DNA from: Candidatus Enterousia sp.
GTDB lineage: Bacteria > Pseudomonadota > Alphaproteobacteria > Rs-D84
Length of the DNA stretch: 64,000 nucleotides
NCBI GenBank assembly: GCA_045651525.1
Contig: JAZRSO010000032.1
Coordinates: forward strand, 73,748-137,747
Direction: 5' to 3'
Shown here: positions 34,560 to 44,852 of the stretch, one piece after another
Position numbering within the stretch: position 1 is the first letter of the stretch
Layout: the number at the start of each line of letters is the position of its first letter
Notes under the pieces: generated by a model
Seen by the model: only the letters and a program-made list of their open reading frames with translations
What the model was told of the DNA's origin: nothing
Databases searched by the model: none
Made by a program: the position numbers and the translations under genes

Positions 34560-36539
34560 TTATACGAACAAGTCTTTTACGAACTGTGCGTGTTCGGTTA
34601 TAAACTTGAAACGGAATTCTGGTTTTTTACCCATCAATTCAGAAACAATTGTGCGTGTTTTTTCTGTGTCTTCGGCACCTTCTTCGGTACGTGGGGGCAG
34701 GTCAACACGAATTAAACGACGTGTCTTTGGCGACATCGTTGTTTCTTTTAATTGATTTGGCATCATTTCGCCCAATCCTTTGAATCGGGAAATTTCAACC
34801 TTTTTATTTTTGTATTTGGTTGCTTTTAAATTTTCCAGTTCTTCGTCACTGTCAACATAGATTGATTCTGTGCCACATGTCAATTTATACAATGGCGGGC
34901 ACGATAAATACAAATGGCCCCCATATATCAATTGTGGCATATATTGATAAAAGAACGCCATTAACAATGATGCAATATGACTGCCGTCAACGTCGGCATC
35001 GGTCATGACAATAATCTTTTCATAACGCAGTTTGTCTTCGTTCCAATCCTTGGCAGTGCCGGCGCCAATAATATCAATCAGTTCGTTTAATTCCTTGTTC
35101 GCACCGAATCGTTCGTCTGAATTTGATATAACGTTCAAAACCTTGCCACGTAATGGCATAATTGCCTGGGTTGCACGATCGCGCGCCTGTTTTGCCGTGC
35201 CGCCTGCGGATTCCCCCTCTACAATAAATAATTCTGTTCCTGCAATTCCATGTTTTGAACAATCTGCCAGTTTCGCAGGCATACGAATACGCTTTGTTGG
35301 GGTTTTGCGGGCAACATCTTTGACCTGTTTGGTCTTGATACGCGCATTTGCCAAGTTGATTACGAAATCCAGTAATGCGTTTGCAGTCTTGGGGTCAGAT
35401 GCCAAGAACATTTCCCATGGGTCGCGCAGGGCATTTTCTGTATAGCGGGCAATTTCTGGATTTGATAATTTTTCTTTGGTTTGCCCCAAGAATTGTGGCG
35501 TTTTGTAAAACACAGATACAATCGCCGCCACGGAATCAAATACGTCTTCACCAATAATGGTCGCGGCCGCTTTGTTATTTACTTTTTCGCCATATGCCTT
35601 TATCCCCTTGGTAATGGCAGACTTGAAACCTGTTTCATGTGTGCCACCGTCAATTGTCGCAATTGTGTTGCAATATGATGAAAAGAATCCATCGTCAGAT
35701 GCAGCGCCGTTTTCGTCTGTTAAAAATGTCAATGCCCACTCAACACGGCCACTGTCATCTGGGAAATCAACACTGCCACTGAATATGCGTGGTAAAATGC
35801 GTGGCTTGGAATCTGTTTTTTCAGCCAAGAAATCTGCAACACCATTAGGGTAATGAAATGTCTTGGTTGCTGGAATATTCATATCTTCGGTCAGCAATTC
35901 TGGATTACAATGCCAATCAATCTTTATCCCACGGGACAGGAATGCCTTGGCACGTGCCATGCGGTATATCTTGACCGGTTTAAATACAGCGTTTGCACCA
36001 AAGATTTCATCATCAATTGTAAAGCGGATTTTGGTGCCATGATTTTTTGTCGCATCCATTTTCTGCATCTGGCTGGTCGGTATGCCACGTGAAAATGTCT
36101 GGTGCCAATTATATCCGTCACGCGCAATATCAACAATCATTTCTGATGACAGGGCGTTCACAACCGCAGAACCAACACCATGCAGACCGCCACTGGTTTT
36201 ATACACATTATTATTAAACTTACCACCAGAATGCAGGGTTGTTAAAATAACCTCTAATGCGGATTTGCCAGGGTACTTTGGATGTTCGTCCACAGGAATT
36301 CCACGGCCGTCGTCTGTTATCTCAATCGTTTTGGAATCAATCAGATTTACAGTTATTTTCTTGGCAAAACCAGCCACCGCTTCGTCAATGGAATTGTCCA
36401 TGATTTCAATTGGCAAATGGTGCCACGCCTTTTCATCTGTGCCACCAATATACATGCCAGGACGCAGGCGAACCGGTTCCAGCCCTTCGAGAACTTGTAT
36501 ATCTGATGCATCGTATGTGTTCATGTTTTTCTCTGTCAT
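34560..36539 (-). CDS. parE: type IIA topoisomerase ATPase subunit, most likely topoisomerase IV subunit B (ParE)
   Basis: 659 aa. GHKL ATPase (LEGLEPVRLRPGMYIGGTD, IMDNSIDEA), Toprim (EGESAGG, TDADVDGSHI) and EISRFKGLGEM are present. The length fits ParE rather than the ~800-aa proteobacterial GyrB. Confidence 0.7.
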   Translation of the reverse strand: MTEKNMNTYDASDIQVLEGLEPVRLRPGMYIGGTDEKAWHHLPIEIMDNSIDEAVAGFAKKITVNLIDSKTIEITDDGRGIPVDEHPKYPGKSALEVILTTLHSGGKFNNNVYKTSGGLHGVGSAVVNALSSEMIVDIARDGYNWHQTFSRGIPTSQMQKMDATKNHGTKIRFTIDDEIFGANAVFKPVKIYRMARAKAFLSRGIKIDWHCNPELLTEDMNIPATKTFHYPNGVADFLAEKTDSKPRILPRIFSGSVDFPDDSGRVEWALTFLTDENGAASDDGFFSSYCNTIATIDGGTHETGFKSAITKGIKAYGEKVNNKAAATIIGEDVFDSVAAIVSVFYKTPQFLGQTKEKLSNPEIARYTENALRDPWEMFLASDPKTANALLDFVINLANARIKTKQVKDVARKTPTKRIRMPAKLADCSKHGIAGTELFIVEGESAGGTAKQARDRATQAIMPLRGKVLNVISNSDERFGANKELNELIDIIGAGTAKDWNEDKLRYEKIIVMTDADVDGSHIASLLMAFFYQYMPQLIYGGHLYLSCPPLYKLTCGTESIYVDSDEELENLKATKYKNKKVEISRFKGLGEMMPNQLKETTMSPKTRRLIRVDLPPRTEEGAEDTEKTRTIVSELMGKKPEFRFKFITEHAQFVKDLFV

Positions 36540-36612
36540 AGTGATATTATTATTAGAACATTTTTAATTTTTTCGCAAGCCCAAAGAATTTAAGCTTATT
36601 TATATTTCAGGG

Positions 36613-36641
36613 CTTGATTTTTTTGTTGGCTGTCTTATATA
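36613..36641 (+). promoter_or_regulatory. candidate RpoH (sigma-32)-type heat-shock promoter upstream of dnaJ
   Basis: CTTG-N17-CTTATATAT matches the alphaproteobacterial sigma-32 consensus CTTG-N17-CYTAT-NT. It lies about 35 nt upstream of the dnaJ ATG. Confidence 0.4.
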
Positions 36642-36676
36642 TTCTGTATCAATAAAAAGTACCATGGAATTACAAA

Positions 36677-37804
36677 ATGAATAAAAATCCGTATGAAGTC
36701 TTGGGCGTTGCGCGCGATGCGTCTGATGCAGATATTAAAAAAGCTTATCATAAGCTGGTGATGAAATATCATCCAGACAGAAATCCTGATAACAAAGATG
36801 CCGAAGAAAAATTCAAGGAAGTAAATAATGCCTTTGATATTCTAAAAGACCCGCAAAAACGTGCGGCGTATGACCGATTTGGTGATGCGGCCTTTGCTGG
36901 CGGTAATGCGTCTGGGGCAGGGTTCGGCGGTAATCCATTTGGAAACGGTGCGTTCCACTTTGATATGGGTGGTGGTGCCGGTATGGAAGATATTTTAAGA
37001 GAGGCCATGCGTGGCTTTGGATTCGGTGGCGGTTTCGGTGGCCCACAACGTGGCGCACCACAGCGTGGCGGACGTGATTTGCTGGACGAAGTCGTTATTG
37101 ATTTAAAGGATGCGTATTTTGGTAAAACACATACTGTTAAATTTTCCAGTAATGTAACATGTGAAAAATGTCATGGAAATGGAACAGATAATGGTGAACC
37201 TGCACCAGTTTGTTCGCGCTGTGGTGGCAGTGGTTTTGTGCAAACACGCCAAGGCTTCTTTGTAACCGAATCGCCATGTCCAGAATGTAATGGTCTGGGG
37301 CGCAAGATAAGTAAAAAATGTTCTGAATGTGATGGAACTGGGACGCAACATAAACAACGCACGCTGGAAGTAAAAATCCCGGCCGGTGTCGAAGATGGTA
37401 CCAGACTGCGTCTGGCTGGTCAGGGCGAAGCAGGCCCAAATGGTGGCCCGTCTGGTGATTTTTATTTGGATATACGTGTGCGTCCTGATAAGCGATTCGA
37501 ACGCGTGGGTAATGATTTAGTTATGCGTGTTGATGTGCCATTTACAACGTTGGCGTTGGGTGGCGAAATAGATATCGAAACAATTGATGATAAAAAACTG
37601 GCGGTCAAAGTGCCTGCGGGTACACAGGTTGGTGAAAAACTGCGTGTGCGTGGGCATGGTATGCCAAATCCACGTCGCAGTGGTGTATTTGGTGATTTGT
37701 ATGTTGATATCGCAATAAAAATCCCAACAAAATTATCTGACAAGCAAAAGAAATTATTGTCTGAATTTGCAAGTGCAAAATCAGATAAAAAAAGTTGGTT
37801 TTAA
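36677..37804 (+). CDS. dnaJ: molecular chaperone DnaJ
   Basis: 375 aa with a J-domain HPD (KYHPDRN), a G/F region and four CxxCxGxG zinc motifs. Confidence 0.93.
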   Translation: MNKNPYEVLGVARDASDADIKKAYHKLVMKYHPDRNPDNKDAEEKFKEVNNAFDILKDPQKRAAYDRFGDAAFAGGNASGAGFGGNPFGNGAFHFDMGGGAGMEDILREAMRGFGFGGGFGGPQRGAPQRGGRDLLDEVVIDLKDAYFGKTHTVKFSSNVTCEKCHGNGTDNGEPAPVCSRCGGSGFVQTRQGFFVTESPCPECNGLGRKISKKCSECDGTGTQHKQRTLEVKIPAGVEDGTRLRLAGQGEAGPNGGPSGDFYLDIRVRPDKRFERVGNDLVMRVDVPFTTLALGGEIDIETIDDKKLAVKVPAGTQVGEKLRVRGHGMPNPRRSGVFGDLYVDIAIKIPTKLSDKQKKLLSEFASAKSDKKSWF

Positions 37805-37824
37805 GTATTAAAAAAAATAAATAT

Positions 37825-37850
37825 AAAACCGCCGTATGCGGCGGTTTTAT
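37825..37850. terminator. bidirectional rho-independent terminator
   Basis: aaaaccgccg-tatg-cggcggtttta lies between convergent dnaJ and pgsA. Confidence 0.8.
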
Positions 37851-37867
37851 TACGTATAGGTGTTTTT

Positions 37868-38467
37868 TTATTTTATCTTTTTCATGTGACCAATAAATGT
37901 GATTGTGTATTGCGTTGCAGACCAAACAGATGCAACCAATGATAACCACAAACCCCATATGCCAATCTGTGGCAAAACATAAATCAAGTACATTATAAAA
38001 CGACTGTCTGTTTCTGGTGTGATTATTGTGCCAACAGCAAATATCAATAAAAATGCAACAATAGAAATCATTTGTAATGTTGTCTTGATTTTGCCCATGG
38101 AAAAGCGTGCCTTTGGAACAGGCATTTCTATTTTCTGGGTTCCCAAGAATTCGCGCAATCCAGAAATGTATAATTCACGACAAATCATAATAATAACAGG
38201 AACAATAACAAACCATACTGGCATCATGATTGCCAACATAATAAATGTGTTTACAACCAGTAATTTATCGCCGATATGATCCAAGACGCCACCAATCTTG
38301 GTGCATACATTGTATTTGCGTGCCAAGAATCCGTCAAACCAATCTGACATTGCGCCCAGCGTAAATAATATAAATGTGGTCCAATACATATTAAACAATA
38401 GTGTTGGAATTATCGCAAATGCAGTCGCAATGCGAAACGATGACAAGAAATTTACAAAGAACTTCAT
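37868..38467 (-). CDS. pgsA: CDP-diacylglycerol--glycerol-3-phosphate 3-phosphatidyltransferase
   Basis: 199 aa with the CDP-alcohol phosphatidyltransferase motif DWFDGFLARKYNVCTKIGGVLDHIGDKL. Confidence 0.85.
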   Translation of the reverse strand: MKFFVNFLSSFRIATAFAIIPTLLFNMYWTTFILFTLGAMSDWFDGFLARKYNVCTKIGGVLDHIGDKLLVVNTFIMLAIMMPVWFVIVPVIIMICRELYISGLREFLGTQKIEMPVPKARFSMGKIKTTLQMISIVAFLLIFAVGTIITPETDSRFIMYLIYVLPQIGIWGLWLSLVASVWSATQYTITFIGHMKKIK

Positions 38468-38498
38468 ATGTTTTCTCCTTTTTTGTTTCTGGTATGTA

Positions 38499-39926
38499 TT
38501 ATATCACTTCTGTATGAAAATGGGCATATATTTTTTCTGCTGCATTTTTACCAAGACCGGAAACCTTTTTTAGTGCATTTATATCTGCATCCATAATCGC
38601 GCGAACGGATCCAAAGTGTTGCAATAGTGCACGCTTTCTGGTTGGGCCAATACTGTCTATTTCATCCAGTACAGATGCTGTCATTTGTTTTGCGCGTGTG
38701 TTGCGATGATATGTAATTACGAATCGGTGCGCTTCGTCGCGTACTGCGCGTAACATTAAAAATAACGGACTGTCTTTTGGCATATCAAAGTATTCATGTC
38801 CATCTGGCATAATAAAGTGTTCATCGCCATCGCGAACAACACCCTTGGTAACCCCAATAACAGGTATTCCGTTGGCGCGTCTATTTGCGATATTCCATTG
38901 TGCAGGGCCACCGTCAACAATGATTAAATCAAGTTTTGGACCACGACTGACAGCACGGTCAATAAATTCTGACATCATTGCGATATCGTTTCCTGCGCGT
39001 GTTTTGTCATGCAGTTTAAAGTGTCTGTAACCTGATTTTTCAAATCCGTTATGTCCGAACGTTATCATTGCGCCAACTGGGTTTTTCCCGAATAAATGAG
39101 AGTTATCAAATACGCCCACAAGGTTGATTTTTAAGCCCAGCCATTTTTCTAGATCTGATACAGTTTTGTTCCAATCTAAACTTGGTGTATACGACGGATT
39201 GTGTCGTATACCGCGTGTGGCAGTGTGTGTTAATGCGGCGATTTTGTCACGTGTAATTGCCGCAGATTCATAATCCATATTTGCAGAAAATTCTTGCATC
39301 TGTTGTGTTAATTTTGCAATTATTGGTGTGCTGTCACCAGTCAGAATTTTTCGTGCTGTACGTACGTTTTCTGCGTATTTTTGGTTGTCAGGATAACAGC
39401 ATGGTGCGCAACATCGCCCGATTTGGTATAGTAGACATGGACGAGATCTGTTGTTCATTTGTACGTCAGTACATGTGCGCAATTGGCAAACTTTTTGAAT
39501 TATTTTTATTGTGTCATTCAATGCAGATACAGATGGGTATGGACCATATACATCGCGACGTTGTGAGAGTTTACCACGGAATTTTAGCAGACGTGGAAAT
39601 TTACTGTTGGTCAGTGCCAACATCGGATACATTTTGCCATCTGTCAGCATAATATTGTATTTTGGCTTTTGTGTTTTTATCAGTTCTTGTTCGCGTATAA
39701 GCGCATCTGATTCGGTCGGTACTGTTTCCCAGTCAACACGTGTAACAAGTGTTCGCATAACCTGTTTGTGTAATTCTAGTTTTTGTATGTCTGTGTATTG
39801 GTGCAGGCGGTTGTACAGATTTTTTGCCTTGCCCACGTACAGTAAGTTGCCGTCTGCGTCGTACATCTTGTAGACGCCTGGGGCGGCGGGTGCGTTTTCG
39901 ATTAAATCAGAAAATTGAATATTCAT
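38499..39926 (-). CDS. uvrC: excinuclease ABC subunit C (compact form)
   Basis: Contains GIY-YIG (GVYKMYD..G.LLYVGKAKNL..R), a Cys cluster (RPCLLYQIGRCCAPCC), a UVR motif (YESAAITRDKIAAL), an RNase-H-like domain and a C-terminal HhH2. The ATG at 39926 is preferred over 39962. Confidence 0.85.
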   Translation of the reverse strand: MNIQFSDLIENAPAAPGVYKMYDADGNLLYVGKAKNLYNRLHQYTDIQKLELHKQVMRTLVTRVDWETVPTESDALIREQELIKTQKPKYNIMLTDGKMYPMLALTNSKFPRLLKFRGKLSQRRDVYGPYPSVSALNDTIKIIQKVCQLRTCTDVQMNNRSRPCLLYQIGRCCAPCCYPDNQKYAENVRTARKILTGDSTPIIAKLTQQMQEFSANMDYESAAITRDKIAALTHTATRGIRHNPSYTPSLDWNKTVSDLEKWLGLKINLVGVFDNSHLFGKNPVGAMITFGHNGFEKSGYRHFKLHDKTRAGNDIAMMSEFIDRAVSRGPKLDLIIVDGGPAQWNIANRRANGIPVIGVTKGVVRDGDEHFIMPDGHEYFDMPKDSPLFLMLRAVRDEAHRFVITYHRNTRAKQMTASVLDEIDSIGPTRKRALLQHFGSVRAIMDADINALKKVSGLGKNAAEKIYAHFHTEVI

Positions 39927-39977
39927 AAGTTTTATGATAGAATATAAAAGTATAAATAGCAAATAAGAGGTTTTTCA

Positions 39978-40442
39978 ATGAATCAAGAATCTGGACGTTC
40001 AATGATTGAAATGTTGGGTGTGTTGGCAATTATGGGTGTAATTACTGTTGGTGCAATCGGTATGATTTCAACAGCAATGCGTACACAAAAGTTGACCGCC
40101 GTAAATGACGAAGTTGTACAAATGGTTACAATGGTTCGCAATATTCATGCAGAATATGATGATTTTTCAAATATGAACGGCAGTACGATTTTTAGCGTTA
40201 TTGGTATGAGTGATAAAAATCCATATGGTGGTTCTTATTTGTTGTCTGTTGACCCATCTAATGCACGTCAGTTTGTTGTGACAATTGACGGATTGGGACA
40301 ATCTGAATGCAAATCACTGGTTGCCAAGGCGTGGTCCGATTCGGTTGGATATAAATTGTCTGATGGTAAGCAGGGTGGTGCGACAGGTTCATGTAATGCA
40401 GAAAATGGTAAAAACAGTGTTCAAATCGTCTTTGGTGAATAG
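39978..40442 (+). CDS. type IV pilin/pseudopilin-like protein
   Basis: Short leader MNQESG followed by RSMIEMLGVLAIMGVITVGAIG, with Glu at +5. A C-terminal Cys pair (SECKS...GSCN) resembles a D-region. Confidence 0.6.
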   Translation: MNQESGRSMIEMLGVLAIMGVITVGAIGMISTAMRTQKLTAVNDEVVQMVTMVRNIHAEYDDFSNMNGSTIFSVIGMSDKNPYGGSYLLSVDPSNARQFVVTIDGLGQSECKSLVAKAWSDSVGYKLSDGKQGGATGSCNAENGKNSVQIVFGE

Positions 40443-40460
40443 TATAGAAAAGGCGTCTGT

Positions 40461-41432
40461 ATGGCGGATTTTATAGAAATTTCAAAAGTAGAAGATGGAA
40501 CACGGCTGTTACGTTGGTTTTTGCGACAGTTCCCGTCTATGCCACAACGTGAATTTTATAAGTTGTGTCGTGGTGGGCAAATTCGTGTGAATTCAAAACG
40601 TGTCAAAGGTCAGGAAATCCTGCGTACAGGTGATGCAGTCCGCGTGCCGCCAACTGTTATGTCTTATGCAGTTGCGCGTATAAAAAAGACAGAAACAGGA
40701 AATCAATTTTCATTGGAAGATTTAGAAAAGTTGCGTCAGTGTATCATTCATAATGATGATGATATTGTTGTCTTTAATAAACCGGCTGGTTTGGCGGTGC
40801 AGGGCGGAACGGGTATACGAAAATCTGTTGATAAAATGGCGGCTGCATTGTTCCCGTATGACAAGGTATCCTTGGTTCATCGTTTGGATAAAGAAACAAG
40901 TGGTGTGTTGGTCGTTGCCAAAAATCAACGTGCCGCGCAATTCCTGGCAGATGCGTTTCAGAATAAAAAAGCGCACAAAGAATACTTGGCGCTGTTAAAT
41001 GGTAATGTAAATCCAAAAACAGGCACGATTGATAACTTTATGTTAAAGGGTCAGGTTTTTGATGCGCCAACGCGTTTGAATAATGGCACGGGTCCACGTC
41101 CACAACGCGCAATAACCGATTACAAGGTGTTATCAAATGCAACTTCAACATTGTCTTGGGTGCAATTTTCACCGAAAACAGGCCGTACGCATCAATTGCG
41201 ATTACACAGTGCGTTTTCATTAAATGCGCCGATTGTTGGCGATGATTTATATGGCAGACGTCAAAATGTAGATAGTGTTTTGCAGTCTATGTTGGCAACA
41301 AATAATTTGTTTTTGTTTGCATATAAAATTACTTTTCAGCACCCAAGTTCTGGGCGTATGATGACATTACGTGCAACGGTGCCAGATTTTATGTTGCCAA
41401 TAATGAAATTTTTAGAATTTAAAATGCCATGA
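40461..41432 (+). CDS. rluC: RluA-family 23S rRNA pseudouridine synthase (RluC/RluD-like) with an S4 domain
   Basis: 323 aa with the catalytic motif HRLDKETSGVLVVAK and GRTHQLRLH. Confidence 0.8.
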   Translation: MADFIEISKVEDGTRLLRWFLRQFPSMPQREFYKLCRGGQIRVNSKRVKGQEILRTGDAVRVPPTVMSYAVARIKKTETGNQFSLEDLEKLRQCIIHNDDDIVVFNKPAGLAVQGGTGIRKSVDKMAAALFPYDKVSLVHRLDKETSGVLVVAKNQRAAQFLADAFQNKKAHKEYLALLNGNVNPKTGTIDNFMLKGQVFDAPTRLNNGTGPRPQRAITDYKVLSNATSTLSWVQFSPKTGRTHQLRLHSAFSLNAPIVGDDLYGRRQNVDSVLQSMLATNNLFLFAYKITFQHPSSGRMMTLRATVPDFMLPIMKFLEFKMP

Positions 41433-43510
41433 TTGTACGCAGAAATCCATTTTTCCCGATTCTAAGAATGATTGCCTTAATTGTCGCAGGTTTGGTTGTG
41501 GCTTTGGTGGTGGCATTAAGTCAGGTAAATTTAGATACTTTGCGCAGCAGTATCGTTTCTGTATTGCAAGACGCAACAGGAATGCCTGTTCAGGTTGATG
41601 GAGATGTGTCTTGGAAATTGTCGTTGCGACCAAGGATAGAGTTAAATGATGTTCATATTGCAAATGCGGATTGGGCAAAAAATAAATATGCATACAGCGC
41701 AGATAAAATAGATGTGCGATTGAATTTAATATCTTTGTTTCGTGACAGGCCTACGATTCAAAATGTTAAATTGTATGATGTAAAGGTTAATATAGAAAAA
41801 AATGAAAACGGTCAATATTCTGTGCCTAATTTAAAAAATACAAATCCTGATGGCGCAGGAAAAAAATCGCCTGATAAATATCCAATAAAAGTTTCTGGAT
41901 TGGGCGGTGTTGAAATCAAAAAATTAAAAGCAGATGTGTTGGGTAAAAAGTATAATCTTGCTGGTTTGAATGTGCGTTTGTTACACAAAGATGATAAACG
42001 TGAATATTCGGGTTGGGTAAAGTTTGATAAAGATGTATCTTCTTTTATCATTTCTATGTCTGAATATAATGCCGAACGCAAGATTTATCCTGTGCAAATT
42101 GCAATATCAACAGGTGGCGAAGCGTTGATTGGAAATGTTGCGCTGGAAGGTACCAGTAAGCTGCCAATAGATTTTATTATCAAGGGTGATTTGCCAAATG
42201 TTTCAAATATTGGAAGGTTCTTTGGAACAAAAATATCCAAGATAGATAATGTAAAAGTAAATTTGGCGGGTGGTTTGGACAGAAAAAAATTAACTGTACG
42301 TAAATCGTCTGTAAATATAAATGGTACAGAATTTACAGTATCTGGTGTCTATGATTGGGGTAAAAGTATTCCTGTGATAGATGCTTATGTTTATTCGCAT
42401 AAATTTGATTTAACAACAATGTTTCCAAGTAATGGTCTAAGAAAGCATGTTCGGCCGAATCGTGAACTGAATGTATTTAAAGATATTCCGTTGTTTGGTA
42501 AATTATTCTGGAACAGGTCTGTTGATGTAAATATAGAATTTGATGACTTTGTTATGTATCGCGATTTAAATATTCAAAATCTGGATTTAGTATTAAAAGC
42601 GCGTGATAATAATGTCAGGGTTGATTCTGAACTGTCTATGGCAGAAGGAAATGTTGTTTTCGCAATTGATGGCAGTGTTAGTGACAATGGTGTTTTGACA
42701 GCTGATGTTGGTTTCTTGGGAAAAAATATTTATATTGGTGATATTTTAAAAGAAATAAACAAGTCTGATTTTATATCTGAATTGCCGGTAAATATTGATT
42801 TATATGTCAAAACGCATGGTAAAAATTTATCCGAAGTTATGCAGAATTTGACGGGGCCTGTGAATGTTTATTCTGTTGGTTCTGGGTATGCACATTCTGA
42901 ATTGGTTTCGTATATGTATGGGGCTGATTTTTTGACGACATTGCGACACAGTATTCAAGACTTGTTTAATTCTGAAAAAAAGTACAATCAAATCAAGATT
43001 TCTTGTTTGGCATTAAATGCAAAATTACGTGATGGTGTTTTTGAAACGCAAAATGGCTTTGCAATTGAAACAAATGCGATAAATGTTCGTTTGGCAGGCA
43101 GCTTGGATTTAGGTGGTGAAAAAATGAATTTGTCTTTAACAACTGTTCCTGTGCGTGGGTTAAAGCTGTCATTGACGGGAAAAGTTGTGAATTCCATAGC
43201 GCTGACAGGTAATTTGGCAGAACCTGATATTAAAATAAGTGGTGCGGCTGTTGCAGGCAAGGTTGCATCGGCAACGGGTATTGGTTTGTTGCTTGCGCCG
43301 CTAACAGGTGGTTTAAGTTTGGTTGCAGGTGCAGGGCTTGGACTGGTTGCAGGCGATTTGTTGGAAAATTGGTTGGCAGACAGTCATCCGTGTGAAACGG
43401 CGTTGGAACGCGGTGCGCCGCTGTATCGCGATGATCCAGAATGGCTGGGGATGCCCGTATCTGAATTGGCGGATGCGGTAATTCATAAAAATATAGTTGT
43501 TTTTGAATAA
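41429..43510 (+). CDS. AsmA-family outer-membrane biogenesis protein
   Basis: 693 aa. An N-terminal anchor and an AsmA N-domain pattern (VQVDGDVSWKLSLRPRIELNDVHIAN) are followed by a long beta-rich body. Confidence 0.7.
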   Translation: MIVRRNPFFPILRMIALIVAGLVVALVVALSQVNLDTLRSSIVSVLQDATGMPVQVDGDVSWKLSLRPRIELNDVHIANADWAKNKYAYSADKIDVRLNLISLFRDRPTIQNVKLYDVKVNIEKNENGQYSVPNLKNTNPDGAGKKSPDKYPIKVSGLGGVEIKKLKADVLGKKYNLAGLNVRLLHKDDKREYSGWVKFDKDVSSFIISMSEYNAERKIYPVQIAISTGGEALIGNVALEGTSKLPIDFIIKGDLPNVSNIGRFFGTKISKIDNVKVNLAGGLDRKKLTVRKSSVNINGTEFTVSGVYDWGKSIPVIDAYVYSHKFDLTTMFPSNGLRKHVRPNRELNVFKDIPLFGKLFWNRSVDVNIEFDDFVMYRDLNIQNLDLVLKARDNNVRVDSELSMAEGNVVFAIDGSVSDNGVLTADVGFLGKNIYIGDILKEINKSDFISELPVNIDLYVKTHGKNLSEVMQNLTGPVNVYSVGSGYAHSELVSYMYGADFLTTLRHSIQDLFNSEKKYNQIKISCLALNAKLRDGVFETQNGFAIETNAINVRLAGSLDLGGEKMNLSLTTVPVRGLKLSLTGKVVNSIALTGNLAEPDIKISGAAVAGKVASATGIGLLLAPLTGGLSLVAGAGLGLVAGDLLENWLADSHPCETALERGAPLYRDDPEWLGMPVSELADAVIHKNIVVFE

Positions 43511-43631
43511 AATGTAATATCTGACATTTTTACGTTCTTTTGGTCTTGCACCGAATCGGTGTTTTTTGATACACTAAACACAACGAGTGTAGGAAACCAC
43601 ACATATAAGTAAAAGGAAACAGGAGCGTATA

Positions 43632-44750
43632 ATGGAATTTTCAGTATTTCGTCAGGTTTTGATACGTGCGCTGGGACATATGCAGTCTATTGTTGAAAAG
43701 CGCGCAACACTGCCGATATTGATGAATGTAAAATTAGAAGTTGCAGATGATTTAATCTTGTCCGCAACAAATGTTGATTTAGAATTGGTTGAACATGTGG
43801 CTGCAGATATCACATTGGGTGGTAAGACAACTGTTCCTGTACAGATGTTGTATGACATTGTTCGTAAATTGCCAGATGATGCAGAAATTTCTTTTAAACA
43901 ATCTGGCGATCAGTTGGTTGTGTCCAGTGGTCGTGCGGTATTTCGCTTGCCAACATTGCCTGCGGAAAATTTCCCAGCAATGGCGGGCAGTAATTTGACC
44001 ACTAAATTCCAAATGACAACAGGTGATTTGGCACATCTGATAAATCAGACAAAATTCGCAATCCCAACAGACGATGTTCGTTATCATTTGGGCGGTATTT
44101 ATTTCCATATTTCTGATGACAGCGGGGATGCAAAATTGACTGCGGTTGCAACAGACGCACAACGTATGGCGTTGTGTGCGATGCCTGCGCCTGCGGGTAG
44201 TGCAGAAATGCCATCTGTTATTTTGCCTCGTCGTGTAATTGGCGAATTGTCAAAATTGTTGGAAGATGCCAATGTTGATGATGTTACTGTTGAATTGTCT
44301 GATACCAAGGCACGCTTTACTGTTGGTTCAGCGATTCTGACAAGCAAATTGGTTGATGCGCAGTATCCAAACTATCGCGTTGTTATTCCAAAGGGAAATG
44401 ACAAGATTGCAATCTTGGACAGAAAACAGTTTATCAATGCGGTTGACTTGGTTTCTGTTGCCAGTGTTGATAAAACAAAATCTGTTCAATTGACATTCAG
44501 TATGAATAAACTGGTTATCAATGCGTCCAGTCCAGATGCAGGTACTGCAACCCAGGAATTAGATATTGAATATAATGGTGACGCATCGTTTACTGTTGTA
44601 TTTAATGTAAAGTTCTTGTTGGATGTTGCTGGTCAGGTTCAGGGTGAAAAATTCCAGATGGAAATGCAAGACCCATTGGCACCAACAAAAATAAATTCTA
44701 CGGACAAAGATACAGACGCGTTATATGTATTAATGCCGATGAGAATGTAA
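43632..44750 (+). CDS. dnaN: DNA polymerase III beta sliding clamp
   Basis: 372 aa. Typical N-terminus (...V.KR.TLPIL.NV.LE) and C-terminus (..LMPMRM). Confidence 0.92.
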   Translation: MEFSVFRQVLIRALGHMQSIVEKRATLPILMNVKLEVADDLILSATNVDLELVEHVAADITLGGKTTVPVQMLYDIVRKLPDDAEISFKQSGDQLVVSSGRAVFRLPTLPAENFPAMAGSNLTTKFQMTTGDLAHLINQTKFAIPTDDVRYHLGGIYFHISDDSGDAKLTAVATDAQRMALCAMPAPAGSAEMPSVILPRRVIGELSKLLEDANVDDVTVELSDTKARFTVGSAILTSKLVDAQYPNYRVVIPKGNDKIAILDRKQFINAVDLVSVASVDKTKSVQLTFSMNKLVINASSPDAGTATQELDIEYNGDASFTVVFNVKFLLDVAGQVQGEKFQMEMQDPLAPTKINSTDKDTDALYVLMPMRM

Positions 44751-44760
44751 AACAAAAAAT

Positions 44761-44790
44761 AAAAACCGTCAAACGACGGTTTTTATTTTG
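44761..44790 (+). terminator. rho-independent terminator
   Basis: aaaaaccgtc-aaac-gacggtttttatttt. Confidence 0.85.
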
Positions 44791-44852
44791 GCAATAAATT
44801 GCAAATTTAAATTTTTATGGTACCCTAATGACTACAAACAAAAGAGGAAAAT

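Noticed and set aside
34560-36539. Annotating the 659-aa type IIA topoisomerase B subunit as GyrB.
   Set aside because: The length lacks the ~170-aa insertion of proteobacterial GyrB and fits ParE. No gyrA or recF is adjacent. The parE call is kept, but phylogeny is needed for certainty.
38499-39926. A possible truncated or pseudogenised uvrC, at about 475 aa versus the usual ~600 aa.
   Set aside because: All expected modules are present in order and in frame: GIY-YIG, Cys cluster, UVR motif, RNase-H-like domain and HhH2. It is most likely a compact orthologue.
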